Shown here piece after piece: positions 1-9,765 of a stretch of DNA of 64,000 nucleotides. The DNA comes from a virus (Duplodnaviria; Caudoviricetes), in the IMG/VR virus record IMGVR_UViG_3300027819_000006, one strand, 5' to 3'. Position 1 is the first letter of the stretch. Every line of letters starts with the position of its first letter. The notes under the pieces are model-generated. The model saw only the letters and a list, made by a program, of their open reading frames with translations. It made no database searches and was not told the DNA's origin. Made by a program: the position numbers and the translations under genes.

Positions 1-154
1 TTTCTATATGTCATGGTGGAGATGTTGTTGCATCAGAAGTAGTTTTTAAATGTGGTTTGAAAATTGAAGCAAAATTCATTAAAAACCTGTAAATCCAGTC
101 TTTTAATCTTCCAAACATGTCCTTTCTCTGAAATGGAGTTGATAGTAGTTATTG

Positions 155-439
155 CTATAGTTTTACTTCTTCAAATTTCACTTCTTCTGTATCTTTTGCT
201 TTATGCACGACTAATTCTGGACTTGATGTAGATGTTTTTACTTCAGGCTGCACTTCTGATTTTTCTAATTCGTCAATATATTTGTTAATTGTAAGCATTG
301 CACCATTATTTGTGCTATAGTCATTGTTCAACGTTTTGAGATTATTTTCTGCTCTATTGATCTGTAGTTCTAGATTTAATAGATAGTTAGTCAGATCATC
401 TCTGTCTTTTTTCAGTCTTTCTAATCCTATACTGCTCAT
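155..439 (-). CDS. hypothetical coiled-coil protein
   Basis: 94 aa ORF, heptad-like N-half, in operon orientation. Confidence 0.6.
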   Translation of the reverse strand: MSSIGLERLKKDRDDLTNYLLNLELQINRAENNLKTLNNDYSTNNGAMLTINKYIDELEKSEVQPEVKTSTSSPELVVHKAKDTEEVKFEEVKL

Positions 440-451
440 TGTTTCTCCTTT

Positions 452-1360
452 TTATAGTTTTGTTGTTAAAGCTATCTTATCTTGCATCTTATTGTTGACT
501 AATTGTGTTGTGCCTATAAATGTTGTGCTCATCGTTGCATATCTGTCTGCTGATTCTACATAGTCATGAATACTCTTTTTGTTTCTGTAAGCTGCTATGG
601 CTAGACCTGATAGAAATACATCACCAGCACCTATAGAGCATTTGAATTGCTTGGGAACATAGAACTTTTTAGAATATACATTTTTCCTGTCAGTATAAAT
701 AATATTATCAGATGAATTTGTGACTATTAAGTTAAAATTAAACTTTTGAGCTACATATAATATTTTAGCTTCTAGTTTAGAATCTGTATCATATTCTAAA
801 TATCTATTGAAAGTTTTAGCATTAACTTGCAAATATGTGCAGCCATTATAGCAATCATCTAATTCTATGGTATCTACAAAAATCTTACATTTATTCTTAT
901 TTCCTATAGCTACGATCTTCTTTACATCTTCAGCATTTAAAAAGCCTTTTCTATAGTCAGATATCACAATAATATCATTACTACTAATACATTCTGTCAG
1001 CTGTTTATGATTCACTTCAACATTCAGATATAGATCGTCAAATTTGTCGATTCTAAATCTCAACTGATCATTGAAGTAGAATCTATCTCTTTTGATAGTT
1101 GGATGTTTGTTATATTCTATTCTTGGCAGAGCTAAAATTTTAGATTGAGTTGTAGCATTGCAAGATGTGAAAAATAAAATATCAACATTTTCTTCCATCA
1201 AAAGACTTGTAATTGTATTTGCTACATTTCCAGCAGCTCCCAAAGAGAATACTTCTCTTTCTAATTTAGAAGCTTTGTTAATACTTTCATCTATTTCTTT
1301 GTAATCTCGACAAAAGTAGTAGTTGTCCTCTATAACATCTCCAACAATTATAATTTTCAT
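452..1360 (-). CDS. hldE: PfkB-family sugar kinase, HldE/RfaE kinase-domain-like (heptose-7-phosphate kinase); kinase domain only
   Basis: MKIIIVGDVIED start, GAAGNVAN, ISDYRKG, C-terminal GAGD anion-hole motif; start moved to ATG 1360 (ATGA overlap with upstream stop). Confidence 0.75.
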   Translation of the reverse strand: MKIIIVGDVIEDNYYFCRDYKEIDESINKASKLEREVFSLGAAGNVANTITSLLMEENVDILFFTSCNATTQSKILALPRIEYNKHPTIKRDRFYFNDQLRFRIDKFDDLYLNVEVNHKQLTECISSNDIIVISDYRKGFLNAEDVKKIVAIGNKNKCKIFVDTIELDDCYNGCTYLQVNAKTFNRYLEYDTDSKLEAKILYVAQKFNFNLIVTNSSDNIIYTDRKNVYSKKFYVPKQFKCSIGAGDVFLSGLAIAAYRNKKSIHDYVESADRYATMSTTFIGTTQLVNNKMQDKIALTTKL

Positions 1361-1545
1361 GAAGATGCCTGATAGATATAGTTTATTGGAACTGTCATAC
1401 ATTTTATGAGCTCTTTGTGCATGTATAGACAAAATATATTAAAATCTTGATCATTTTTTGCCACATCTATTCCTAGAATATATCTTTTACATTGACATCC
1501 ATTTAAACACAGATCTTCTATAGAGCATGTGCATTTATTATTCAT
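1357..1545 (-). CDS. small protein with N-terminal CxC-x4-L-x3-GCxC motif
   Basis: CTCSIEDLCLNGCQC; overlaps both neighbours as expected for translational coupling. Confidence 0.6.
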   Translation of the reverse strand: MNNKCTCSIEDLCLNGCQCKRYILGIDVAKNDQDFNIFCLYMHKELIKCMTVPINYIYQASS

Positions 1546-2149
1546 TTTTCAAATCCTCTTGAATCCAATGAGCTGCATCTAATAAATCATCACATACAAT
1601 TATAGAATAATTTGGATTTTCTATAACTCTATTTTTATATTCTTCATATGATTCTTTACCAAATCCTGTCAGTACAAGAATATTCTTTTTACATCCTGCA
1701 GCTTTACCAGCTTCAATATCTGTAATAGAATCTCCGATCATATAAGATTTAGATACATCTATATCATGTCTTCTTGCAGCTTCTCTGATAAGTCCAGGTT
1801 TTGGCTTTCTACAATTACATTCAAAATCATAAAGATGATTGCCACAACCTACAGAATGAGGACAGTGAAATACATCTGTGATCTTACCAGAATACCAGCC
1901 TACTTGTTTTCTCATCTTGTTATGAATTTTCAGCAAATCTTGTTCATTAAAATAGCCTTTGCCAATTCCAGCTTGATTTGTAACTACTATAACTTTGAAT
2001 CCAAGTTCGTTTAATAGATATACTGCTCTACCAACATCTGGAAGAAGTTCAAACTGAGAATGATCATTGACATATTTTCCTTTTTCAGCAATATTTACGC
2101 ATCCATCGCGATCTAAAAAACAGCAAGGGCTCAAATTTACTTTTGACAT
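1538..2149 (-). CDS. gmhB: D,D-heptose 1,7-bisphosphate phosphatase (HAD family)
   Basis: FLDRDG motif I, VVTNQAGIG, CPH...CNCRKPKPG, MIGDSITD; start moved to MSKVN. Confidence 0.9.
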   Translation of the reverse strand: MSKVNLSPCCFLDRDGCVNIAEKGKYVNDHSQFELLPDVGRAVYLLNELGFKVIVVTNQAGIGKGYFNEQDLLKIHNKMRKQVGWYSGKITDVFHCPHSVGCGNHLYDFECNCRKPKPGLIREAARRHDIDVSKSYMIGDSITDIEAGKAAGCKKNILVLTGFGKESYEEYKNRVIENPNYSIIVCDDLLDAAHWIQEDLKNE

Positions 2150-2544
2150 TGACAACCTTTCGTCATTAAAGTGTCTATGGAGCAATTACATAATTTAGCT
2201 TCATTAGCTGTAGAAACATTACAAAAAGCATTTTCTAATAGTTTAATATATAGATCATCTAAATTAGCTATGCAAAAATAAGTCTCATCAAATCCTCCTC
2301 TTCTAATGTGATTTCTGAACCACATTCCTGCACCAAAATGAAAATGATTTTGCGTATACCAAAATTTGCCGTATTGATTGTAGTAATCTTCTATAAGTTT
2401 CTGATCAGAAGGATTTGTTTTTTCTCTAAGATATTGTATGCATTTTTCCAGTTTAGGTACTTCAACAGAATTGTATAGTTTTTGTAGTTCTACATCTAAT
2501 TCTTCATCTGTCATAGTCAGTCTTCTCAGTTCAGTGTCTGTCAT
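2137..2544 (-). CDS. hypothetical protein with C-terminal CxC-x4-L-x3-GCxC motif
   Basis: ends CNCSIDTLMTKGCQCQK. Confidence 0.7.
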   Translation of the reverse strand: MTDTELRRLTMTDEELDVELQKLYNSVEVPKLEKCIQYLREKTNPSDQKLIEDYYNQYGKFWYTQNHFHFGAGMWFRNHIRRGGFDETYFCIANLDDLYIKLLENAFCNVSTANEAKLCNCSIDTLMTKGCQCQK

Positions 2545-3107
2545 TCTTTTTTAAATAGAAAGCTTTCTATCACTAATATGTCTAAATCTATTTTTTTGAA
2601 CGTATTTAATGCATCTGAAGGAGTTTCAACTATACTTTCTCCAGGCCCATTAAAAGATGTATTAACTAACAATGGAACTCCAGTCAGATTATAATAAGTC
2701 CACAACAAACTATAAACTTTATAATTCTGTTTTTCATTAACTGTTTGTATTCTTGCTGTATTATCTTTATGTACAATTCCCAACACTTTATTTTTCTGAT
2801 GTTCTAATATTTTAGCAGATAATAACATGTAGGGAGAAGGTCTGTCTATGTCAAACCAATTGCTAACTTCTGATTCTAATATTATTGGAGCGACAGGCCT
2901 GAACATCTCACGACCCTTGATTCTATTCAATCTATCTTTAATATTTGCTTGTCTAGCATCAGCTAAAATTGATCTGAAACCAAGACTGCGCGGGCCGAAC
3001 TCAGATTTATCTACGAACCAACCGCATATTTTGTCATTTGATATTTCTTGAGCAACTACATCACACAAAATACTAAACTCTTTGAATTCTGTAAATTTCA
3101 TTGTCAT
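2541..3107 (-). CDS. carbamoyltransferase C-terminal domain (NodU/CmcH family), stand-alone
   Basis: SEFGPRSLGFRSILAD, REMFRPVAP, HKDNTARIQTV, LVNTSFN. Confidence 0.9.
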   Translation of the reverse strand: MTMKFTEFKEFSILCDVVAQEISNDKICGWFVDKSEFGPRSLGFRSILADARQANIKDRLNRIKGREMFRPVAPIILESEVSNWFDIDRPSPYMLLSAKILEHQKNKVLGIVHKDNTARIQTVNEKQNYKVYSLLWTYYNLTGVPLLVNTSFNGPGESIVETPSDALNTFKKIDLDILVIESFLFKKE

Positions 3108-4222
3108 TTCATAGCTTTCAGAATATCTTCTCTAGTATAACTTTTTCCAAGTGAAGCTAAATTTTCTGGAAATATAGGCAATTCTTTTTCATGTTTAAGC
3201 ACAGAATATACTCCACTAGATATGGCTAGACCTGTGTCATTAGTCCAAGGTGTTACATGAATATCTTTGAATATATTTTTATCTATTAGTTTTCTATTTA
3301 CAAGTATATTCAAGCTACTTCCTCCAGAGAACACAAGATTCTCTGTCTTTAAAGTTGGATGTAAGCATTCAAAAAAATCTACTATAGCATCTTCAAAGCA
3401 TTTCTGTAACCAAGCCGCTATATCTTGAGGCTCATAACAATCTAATTTTTTGAATAAGTCAAAATTGTACATTCTATCATATATTGTAGGAAAATAGAAT
3501 TTATCATTTACAACTTCAAATAATGATTCTACATCAACATTATCAGCATTACCATATCCTGCAAGTCCCATGATCTTGCCAGGAGCAGTTTCCATAAATA
3601 GATATGGATTGGTAAACTTTTTAGATTTCTCCGGTTCTATTCTTGTGTAGATATATCTTGATATGTTATTGTAAACTTGTCCTAAATTAAATACATTTCT
3701 ATTATTTAGACCATTCTTGAAATGGTTTAAGACTGTAATGCCTTTTGCTCGATCATAGTAAGCAAACAATCCTGTTTCATATTCTGTAACTAATTGGTTA
3801 TTAACTATATGATTATAACTACAACCGGCTCCATCTGCTGAGAAAATACTAGATTTCTCAAAAGGTGAAGAATATGCTGAGCCTAAACTGTGTCCTTGAT
3901 GATGATCACAGAATTCTATTTCAGCATTTACAAATTCATTTTTCAGAATTTTAGTAATTTGCTGCTCTGAATTAATATTAGATGTATGTATATTGTGAGT
4001 ATAGCAAACTACGTCTATGTCTTCTTTTTTTAAGCTATTATTTTCTAATATGTAGTCTATAGATAGAGCAGGATATTCTCCAGAGTATTTTTTTCTGTCG
4101 AGTCGCTCCTCCAATATTGAGTTAATTAATTTGCTTTCAACCCATAAAGAAACACCAGATGAGTGAACATGTTTAATTTCAGTATTAAATCCTACTGCTC
4201 CGTATAATCCTAAAATTTTCAT
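3104..4222 (-). CDS. carbamoyltransferase N-terminal (Kae1-like) domain, stand-alone
   Basis: EERLDRKKY, DHHQGH, DGAG, GKIMGLAGYG, FSGGSSLN, NDTGLAI; start set at MKILG (ATGA overlap with upstream HEG stop). Confidence 0.88.
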   Translation of the reverse strand: MKILGLYGAVGFNTEIKHVHSSGVSLWVESKLINSILEERLDRKKYSGEYPALSIDYILENNSLKKEDIDVVCYTHNIHTSNINSEQQITKILKNEFVNAEIEFCDHHQGHSLGSAYSSPFEKSSIFSADGAGCSYNHIVNNQLVTEYETGLFAYYDRAKGITVLNHFKNGLNNRNVFNLGQVYNNISRYIYTRIEPEKSKKFTNPYLFMETAPGKIMGLAGYGNADNVDVESLFEVVNDKFYFPTIYDRMYNFDLFKKLDCYEPQDIAAWLQKCFEDAIVDFFECLHPTLKTENLVFSGGSSLNILVNRKLIDKNIFKDIHVTPWTNDTGLAISSGVYSVLKHEKELPIFPENLASLGKSYTREDILKAMK

Positions 4223-5160
4223 ATGATATGCCACAATTTATCTATTTCACATTCTCTTATTCTAATTAATATGTATCCATTTTTCTTTGCTAATTTATTT
4301 TTATATTCATCATTAATAACTCTTCCTTCTTGAATCTTATTTATGGGACCTTCAGTGTAACATATAGAGCAGCAGTGCCAATAACAACCATCTACTTCTA
4401 TAAGAATATTAAAATCGGGTAAATAAAAATCATATCGTTTCGTGTCTATTATAAATTCTTTTCTGTATTGTATATTTGAGTCTATAAAAATTTTTCTACT
4501 TTTAAATTAGGTTTAGTATTTGTAGTATTGCCAGTGAATTTTATTTTTCCCTGTCTGTGTTGTTCTTTAGTTAATTCACTTAATATTTTTTTAGTTTTAT
4601 CTGAATGTTTGTGCCCATAGTTAGGCTGTTCTTCTGTGCTTAACAGTGTTTGATAAGCTATTCTTTTGCCACTTTTATAGTTTTCATGAGCTGTTATTCC
4701 TGATTTAGTAGAAGCTTGTTTTACTCTATCATCGCTTTCGCTAGTTAATCCTGTATTCCAAGAAACATTTCCTTTTTTTAAATCGTCCTTTTTCACCCCA
4801 CTTTCTGTTACAAGATAATACTGCATCTTCAAATATAAACCTGTATTCTTTACTAGTCATGCTATGAAAATATTTTAAATGTCGGCTTAAATGTTTAAAT
4901 CTTTTTTCTTCTTTATCTTTTAAACATATCTGGCAAATAATATAATCAATATTTTCTATTCCTTCATAAGGTATTACATTTTTAATTCTGCATGGGATAC
5001 ACAAACCGCTTTTATGACTTCTTCTTAAAATATTACTGCATGTTTCAAAGTTTTTACATTTAACTTTTAAACACTGTATACAAGTCCCTCTTTTATTTTT
5101 TATACTTAAAAAATTATGACATGTTTCAAAGTTTTTACATTTTTTATCACTTTTTTGCAT
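4219..5160 (-). pseudogene. frameshifted homing-endonuclease-like gene (Zn-finger, NUMOD3-like, DUF559/Vsr-like PD-(D/E)xK); may be intact if the indels are sequencing errors
   Basis: three frames join at A7 (4773-4779) and A5T5 (4486-4495) runs; last frame gives YDFYLPDFNILIEVDGCYWH...EIDKLWHII*. Confidence 0.8.
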
Positions 5161-5181
5161 CTACTTTCTCCATAAATACAA

Positions 5182-5275
5182 AAGCTATTATCATATGGTA
5201 TAGACAATAAACAATGTTTATGTCTTACGATAATAGCTTCTGATTTATTAGAATTAGTAGTCTATTGTCTATACC
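5182..5275 (-). promoter_or_regulatory. structured HEG leader A (two interleaved inverted repeats)
   Basis: 5182-5192 pairs with 5229-5239 (11 bp perfect); 5197-5209 pairs with 5263-5275 (13 bp perfect). Confidence 0.65.
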
Positions 5276-5278
5276 AAT

Positions 5279-5288
5279 AATAAATATA
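5279..5288 (-). promoter_or_regulatory. putative late promoter (TATATTTATT variant)
   Basis: one-base variant of recurring TATATTTATA motif directly upstream of leader A. Confidence 0.4.
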
Positions 5289-5324
5289 CTTATAGAGAAA
5301 AATAATGCAATTCAGAGATCCTTT

Positions 5325-5387
5325 CTAAGATATTAATTGCTCTGTAGAAAATCCACAGCAGCCATACAAGCTAACAATTTTAGCCAT
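5325..5387 (-). pseudogene. orphan 5' end of carbamoyltransferase N-domain gene
   Basis: MAKIVSLYGCCGFSTEQLIS* resembles MKILGLYGAVGFNTE at 4222; ATG overlaps upstream TAA. Confidence 0.6.
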
Positions 5388-5653
5388 TAAATTCTAACTT
5401 CATAAACATATCTTTGCAATTCTTTTCTTTTCATCAATCTCTTAATTAATTTAGCTACTACTCTTCTATATCGCCATTCAAATAGCCAATCATATCTACT
5501 AATAAGTGATGTTTCGCATATACTGACTTCTTTTCTATTATTCATCGAATCATTATAGAATTTACTAGTATGAAATCTGACCACAACCATCAAATCTAGA
5601 TCTCCAGCATCACCAGAATATAGATATACATCAAACATTGAAAATCCTTTCAC
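5387..5653 (-). CDS. hypothetical protein
   Basis: 88 aa ORF coupled to neighbours. Confidence 0.6.
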   Translation of the reverse strand: MKGFSMFDVYLYSGDAGDLDLMVVVRFHTSKFYNDSMNNRKEVSICETSLISRYDWLFEWRYRRVVAKLIKRLMKRKELQRYVYEVRI

Positions 5654-6249
5654 ATGATTTCATCTACAAGACCTAAAGCCAAAGATTGTTTAGCATCAAA
5701 CCAAGAATCTCTTTTTAGTAACGATATGATTTTATTGACAGGCATTTTGCTATTATTTTTATAGAATGTAGTAATCTGTTTCATACACATTTCTAGCAAA
5801 TTCATATTATCTTTCAGTTCTTCGTAGCGTCCCCAATTAAATCCAACTAACTGATGAACTAGCATAAATGAGCTTGGTGTAATATATCTTTTATTGCAGC
5901 TACAACTAATTATAGTTCCTGCTGAAGCACAAACACCTTCTATTATAGAATAAATTGGAGTTTTGGTTCTTTTAATTTGATCTGCTACACTGAAAGCAGA
6001 TAATAAATCTCCACCAAAGCTTTGAATGTGTAACCAAATTGGAGTATGTTCAAAACTATCCGGTATATCTCTAGATAATCTTTCATTTCTTAAATTAGTG
6101 TCGATTTGCTTAATCTGTTTTATCAAAGATAGACATCTGTCAGAATCTACTCCTGAATAGAAATAGATATGGTTATCTATAGATTCAACAGTTAATTTTG
6201 GAGTTTCTGTAGTTGCAATAGGAGTAGCCTCTGCATCAAACTTAATCAT
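5650..6249 (-). CDS. clpP: ClpP-like serine protease
   Basis: LHIQSFGGD, GVCASAGT (Ser), MLVHQ (His), RDSWFDAKQSLALGLVD. Confidence 0.8.
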   Translation of the reverse strand: MIKFDAEATPIATTETPKLTVESIDNHIYFYSGVDSDRCLSLIKQIKQIDTNLRNERLSRDIPDSFEHTPIWLHIQSFGGDLLSAFSVADQIKRTKTPIYSIIEGVCASAGTIISCSCNKRYITPSSFMLVHQLVGFNWGRYEELKDNMNLLEMCMKQITTFYKNNSKMPVNKIISLLKRDSWFDAKQSLALGLVDEIM

Positions 6250-7148
6250 TGAGATTTTCTTTCTTCTAAATTGATCCAGTTATCTAAGAAATTAATGTGT
6301 CCCATATTGAAAGCTAAATTGAATCTTGGAGGTTCGTAAAGGTATTCTACTCCACAGTTAAAAAACTCTACTCCGAATTTCGGCACATATAATTCATTTA
6401 TTCTGTAATTCGGTTCTAAATGTTTTATTAGATCAGTTCTTACAAAGAATGCATCTGTACCAGCTATAGAGCACCCAACTAGAACATAGTCTTTTTTAAT
6501 AGCAATATCATTCAAAGCTTTCAATGAAGTTCCATAATACGCACTACCATCCCATACTGCATCATCATTTCTTGGCACAGTTAAAGATATATTTGGAGGA
6601 ATATGAGAATTGTATTCTATGACTATGATCTGAGGTTTGAAATTTAAAGCTTCAAATAGATAATAATCATTCCAATCAGTATCTATAGACAGTAGATCTA
6701 AATCTGAATCTTTAGCTTTTAAATATTCTAAAATTACATCATTTATATTATCTACTGTTACTTTTTTATATAGTACATCTAAATTTGCATTAGTAAATTT
6801 ATCTCTAATAAACCTTACTTTCTCTGAGTCAGAATCAAGCCATAATCCTTTCCAGCCTTTAAGATTCAGATATCTAGTATTATTCTCCATTCCATCACCA
6901 CAACCAAATTCTATGAATGTACCTTTGCTGATATCTAATATTTCACATAGTTTTTCTATAATGCCATCTTGATCATTCTGTGAATACACTTTGAAACCAA
7001 ATCTGTTCAGTTTATTAGCATATTCTGATGATTTAATTAGAGATTGCCATAGCTTATATCTTTCAATTTTAGATATTTCTAAAACATTCTTCTCTAAAGA
7101 TATGATTCTTTTAGCTAAATTGTTTAAGTAATCTACATCAAGATTCAT
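6246..7148 (-). CDS. SAM-dependent methyltransferase, FkbM-like
   Basis: YSQNDQDGII, FIEFGCGDG, LSIDTDWND, PQIIVIEYN. Confidence 0.75.
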   Translation of the reverse strand: MNLDVDYLNNLAKRIISLEKNVLEISKIERYKLWQSLIKSSEYANKLNRFGFKVYSQNDQDGIIEKLCEILDISKGTFIEFGCGDGMENNTRYLNLKGWKGLWLDSDSEKVRFIRDKFTNANLDVLYKKVTVDNINDVILEYLKAKDSDLDLLSIDTDWNDYYLFEALNFKPQIIVIEYNSHIPPNISLTVPRNDDAVWDGSAYYGTSLKALNDIAIKKDYVLVGCSIAGTDAFFVRTDLIKHLEPNYRINELYVPKFGVEFFNCGVEYLYEPPRFNLAFNMGHINFLDNWINLEERKSQ

Positions 7149-8953
7149 TTATTTTCCTTTGCTAAAATATAATTATGCAACACTAAAATATCTATCTTGC
7201 TATTAATAAACATTTTAATAGCATCTTCTGGTGTTTCGATTACTGGCTGATCTAAACCATTAAAACTCGTATTTAACAGCATTGGAACTTCTGTCAGTTC
7301 ATAGAATTTCTTGATCAGTTTATAGTATAGTCTATTATTTGTTTCATCAACTGTCTGTATTCTAGATGTATTATCTATATGAATTACTGCAGGCACAGAC
7401 TCTGGTTTTAAGCATTTAATAGAAAACAGCATGAATGGAGATTCTATATTGCAATCAAACCATTCTGCTGCATGTTCTTTCAAGCAAGAGGGTGAAAAAG
7501 GGCGGAAAAATTCTCTATGTTTAATTTCTCTATTAATAAAATCTTTTACAGTTATAATTCTTGGATCAGCTAAAATAGATCTATGTCCTAATGATCGAGG
7601 GCCGGCCTCGCTACCATTTTGAAACCATCCAACAATTTTAGTCTCTGACAAATATTTTGCCACAGTTTCGCATAAAGAATCTTCATCTTTGAACTTAGTT
7701 ATTTCTATTCCTTTTAATTTATCTTTATATGCAGTTAAACTTTCTTTTATATCTTCTTCTGTATAAGTGATTCCACCTTCAAATATTTCTCTATTGCTGT
7801 GTTCTTTCTTTGGTAATTCATTATTAACTAACTCATTCTTCTTATTCTTTGTCAGTTTATCTGATAAAAATAGAGCTGCTCCAATAGATAGACCATCATC
7901 TCCACAAGCTGGTGCAATGAAATAGTTTTTGAACTTACATTCTTTCAATATTCTACCATTCATTGTGCAGTTCAGAAATGTTCCACCTGAGAATGTTATA
8001 TTTTCTGTTACGTTGTGCACTGAATCATAAAGCTGGTTGACAAAATTGATGACAGAATTTTCCAATATCTTCTGAGCAGTTGCAGCTATATTCTTATTTA
8101 GATCATTATTCCAATCTTCTTTTTTCAGCCAGAATGGATCTACTTTGCTACCCTCTTTTTTGAGCTGAGGATAGAATACTCTTGAGTCGGGAATCTTTTT
8201 TATACCAGCATCAAATAGAGTCTCTAAATATAAATCATTTCTTAGAGGTACAGCTTGATCAAATACAAAAGGATATATTAATTTTTCAGCAATTTTAGAA
8301 GGAGTGCCATAAGCAGCAAGAGCCATCACACTGCCAGCTTTAGCCAAACTGGGCGCAAATGAGAGAAAATCGCATATCTGCCCATAATAAGATCCAAAAA
8401 AGAAATCAGATCCTCTTCTTAGTGGTCTGAATATTTTTAGGTCATCATTGAAATAATAGACAGAGTGATTGTTAGCTATATTATCTGAAAAATCACAAGA
8501 GAATGAAACACATTCTTTATATGGAGACATGTAGTAAGAATAGAAAGAATGAGCAAAATGATGATCTACATGAAAAGCTTTTACAGTCTTGTCTCCAATG
8601 TGGAGATTAAAGAGACCTGCGGCTACTTGCCCAACATTATTATAGAAACTGATATAATCTTCAAAACTATACTCTATTCCATTATCATTTGTCAAGCTTA
8701 TTTCATGTTTCGATTTATCAAATAGTTCTTTGCCTTCATAAGAATCAGCAAACCAGTTAACAATAGCAGCTAAATCTATGTCCTCCCACTTTAAATTAGC
8801 TTTTTTGAGAACATATTTTATACATTCTTTGCTGATACCTCTTTCATACTTATTTTTAGTCAATCTCTCATGAGCAATATAAGCTAATAACTTGCCATCT
8901 CTAACAAGACAGCAACTGCCTCCGTGAGAAAAATTTATTCCTAAAACTAGCAA
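7145..8953 (-). CDS. full-length carbamoyltransferase (NodU/CmcH/TobZ family)
   Basis: GINFSHGGS, HERLTKNK, DHHFAH, SGGTFLN, GDDG, EAGPRSLGHRS, FRPFSP, NTSFN; start likely TTG 8953 after AAGGAA. Confidence 0.92.
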   Translation of the reverse strand: MLVLGINFSHGGSCCLVRDGKLLAYIAHERLTKNKYERGISKECIKYVLKKANLKWEDIDLAAIVNWFADSYEGKELFDKSKHEISLTNDNGIEYSFEDYISFYNNVGQVAAGLFNLHIGDKTVKAFHVDHHFAHSFYSYYMSPYKECVSFSCDFSDNIANNHSVYYFNDDLKIFRPLRRGSDFFFGSYYGQICDFLSFAPSLAKAGSVMALAAYGTPSKIAEKLIYPFVFDQAVPLRNDLYLETLFDAGIKKIPDSRVFYPQLKKEGSKVDPFWLKKEDWNNDLNKNIAATAQKILENSVINFVNQLYDSVHNVTENITFSGGTFLNCTMNGRILKECKFKNYFIAPACGDDGLSIGAALFLSDKLTKNKKNELVNNELPKKEHSNREIFEGGITYTEEDIKESLTAYKDKLKGIEITKFKDEDSLCETVAKYLSETKIVGWFQNGSEAGPRSLGHRSILADPRIITVKDFINREIKHREFFRPFSPSCLKEHAAEWFDCNIESPFMLFSIKCLKPESVPAVIHIDNTSRIQTVDETNNRLYYKLIKKFYELTEVPMLLNTSFNGLDQPVIETPEDAIKMFINSKIDILVLHNYILAKENK

Positions 8954-8969
8954 ATATAATTCCTTTCTA

Positions 8970-9311
8970 TCATAAACTAAAACTTTCTCCGCAGCCACAA
9001 GATGATTTAGCATTGGGATTAATTACTGCAAAGCCACTACCATCTAGTCCATCTTTATAGTCTAATACTGATCCCACTAAGAATAACAAACTTTTATTGT
9101 CTATTATAACTTCGACTCCATTTTCTTCTATTTTATTATCATCTTTTTCTATACTTTCTTTGTGCATAAATGACAACTTATAATTTAGTCCGCTACACCC
9201 TCCCCCAACTACAGCTATTCTTAATCGATAGTCGGCAGCCTCTTCATTTCCAAACTCTTTTTCAAGAAGCTCTTTAATTTTACTTGCTGCTTTTTCAGTT
9301 GCAGTTATCAT
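8970..9311 (-). CDS. iscA: A-type Fe-S carrier (IscA/ErpA/HesB family)
   Basis: LRIAVVGGGCSGLNY, NPNAKSSCGCGESF. Confidence 0.93.
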   Translation of the reverse strand: MITATEKAASKIKELLEKEFGNEEAADYRLRIAVVGGGCSGLNYKLSFMHKESIEKDDNKIEENGVEVIIDNKSLLFLVGSVLDYKDGLDGSGFAVINPNAKSSCGCGESFSL

Positions 9312-9520
9312 TTCTTAACTTCTGTTTCAGTTTTCTTTTTAGAATGTTTCTCTTTCAGCACATTGATGAACTTGTCTAGATCATTGCTGAACTCTTTCAA
9401 TCCATCTCTTGCTGATTCTAAATGTGATTCTACTATGTCTGCAGCAAGTTTCTTGTTCTCCATAAGCTTGTTAGCTATAGCTGTTATTTCATCAAGTAGT
9501 TCTGCAAATTTTTCTTTCAT
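9308..9520 (-). CDS. hypothetical coiled-coil protein
   Basis: 70 aa helical ORF, ATGA overlap with iscA. Confidence 0.6.
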   Translation of the reverse strand: MKEKFAELLDEITAIANKLMENKKLAADIVESHLESARDGLKEFSNDLDKFINVLKEKHSKKKTETEVKK

Positions 9521-9537
9521 TTTGATATTCTCCTTTT

Positions 9538-9738
9538 TTAAATTTTGCTACACTGGCATCCAATTGTCATAAGAGTGTTTAAATCGCAAGAACATTTATT
9601 GTTACTGAAATCTATTTTAATTAAAGCTTTAAATATATTAAACATGCAATCCTGACATATATCTAATTCTTCTCTATTGCTATTTATTATTTTCAATCCA
9701 GACATCTGTAAAGCTGTATTGCATCGAGAGCAGATCAT
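9538..9738 (-). CDS. zinc-ribbon protein with C-terminal CxC-x4-L-x3-GCxC motif
   Basis: CSRC...CQDC; CSCDLNTLMTIGCQC. Confidence 0.65.
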   Translation of the reverse strand: MICSRCNTALQMSGLKIINSNREELDICQDCMFNIFKALIKIDFSNNKCSCDLNTLMTIGCQCSKI

Positions 9739-9765
9739 TTAGAATTCTCTTTGCAGATGAGCATG

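Noticed and set aside
1-130. Short 35-codon minus-strand ORF at the left edge (MFGRLKDW...)
   Set aside because: Too short and without motif to support
2541-9013. Firm call of DNA hypermodification from the carbamoyltransferases
   Set aside because: No hydroxymethylase or thymidylate-synthase-like partner in the window and neighbours are sugar enzymes; kept only as an alternative
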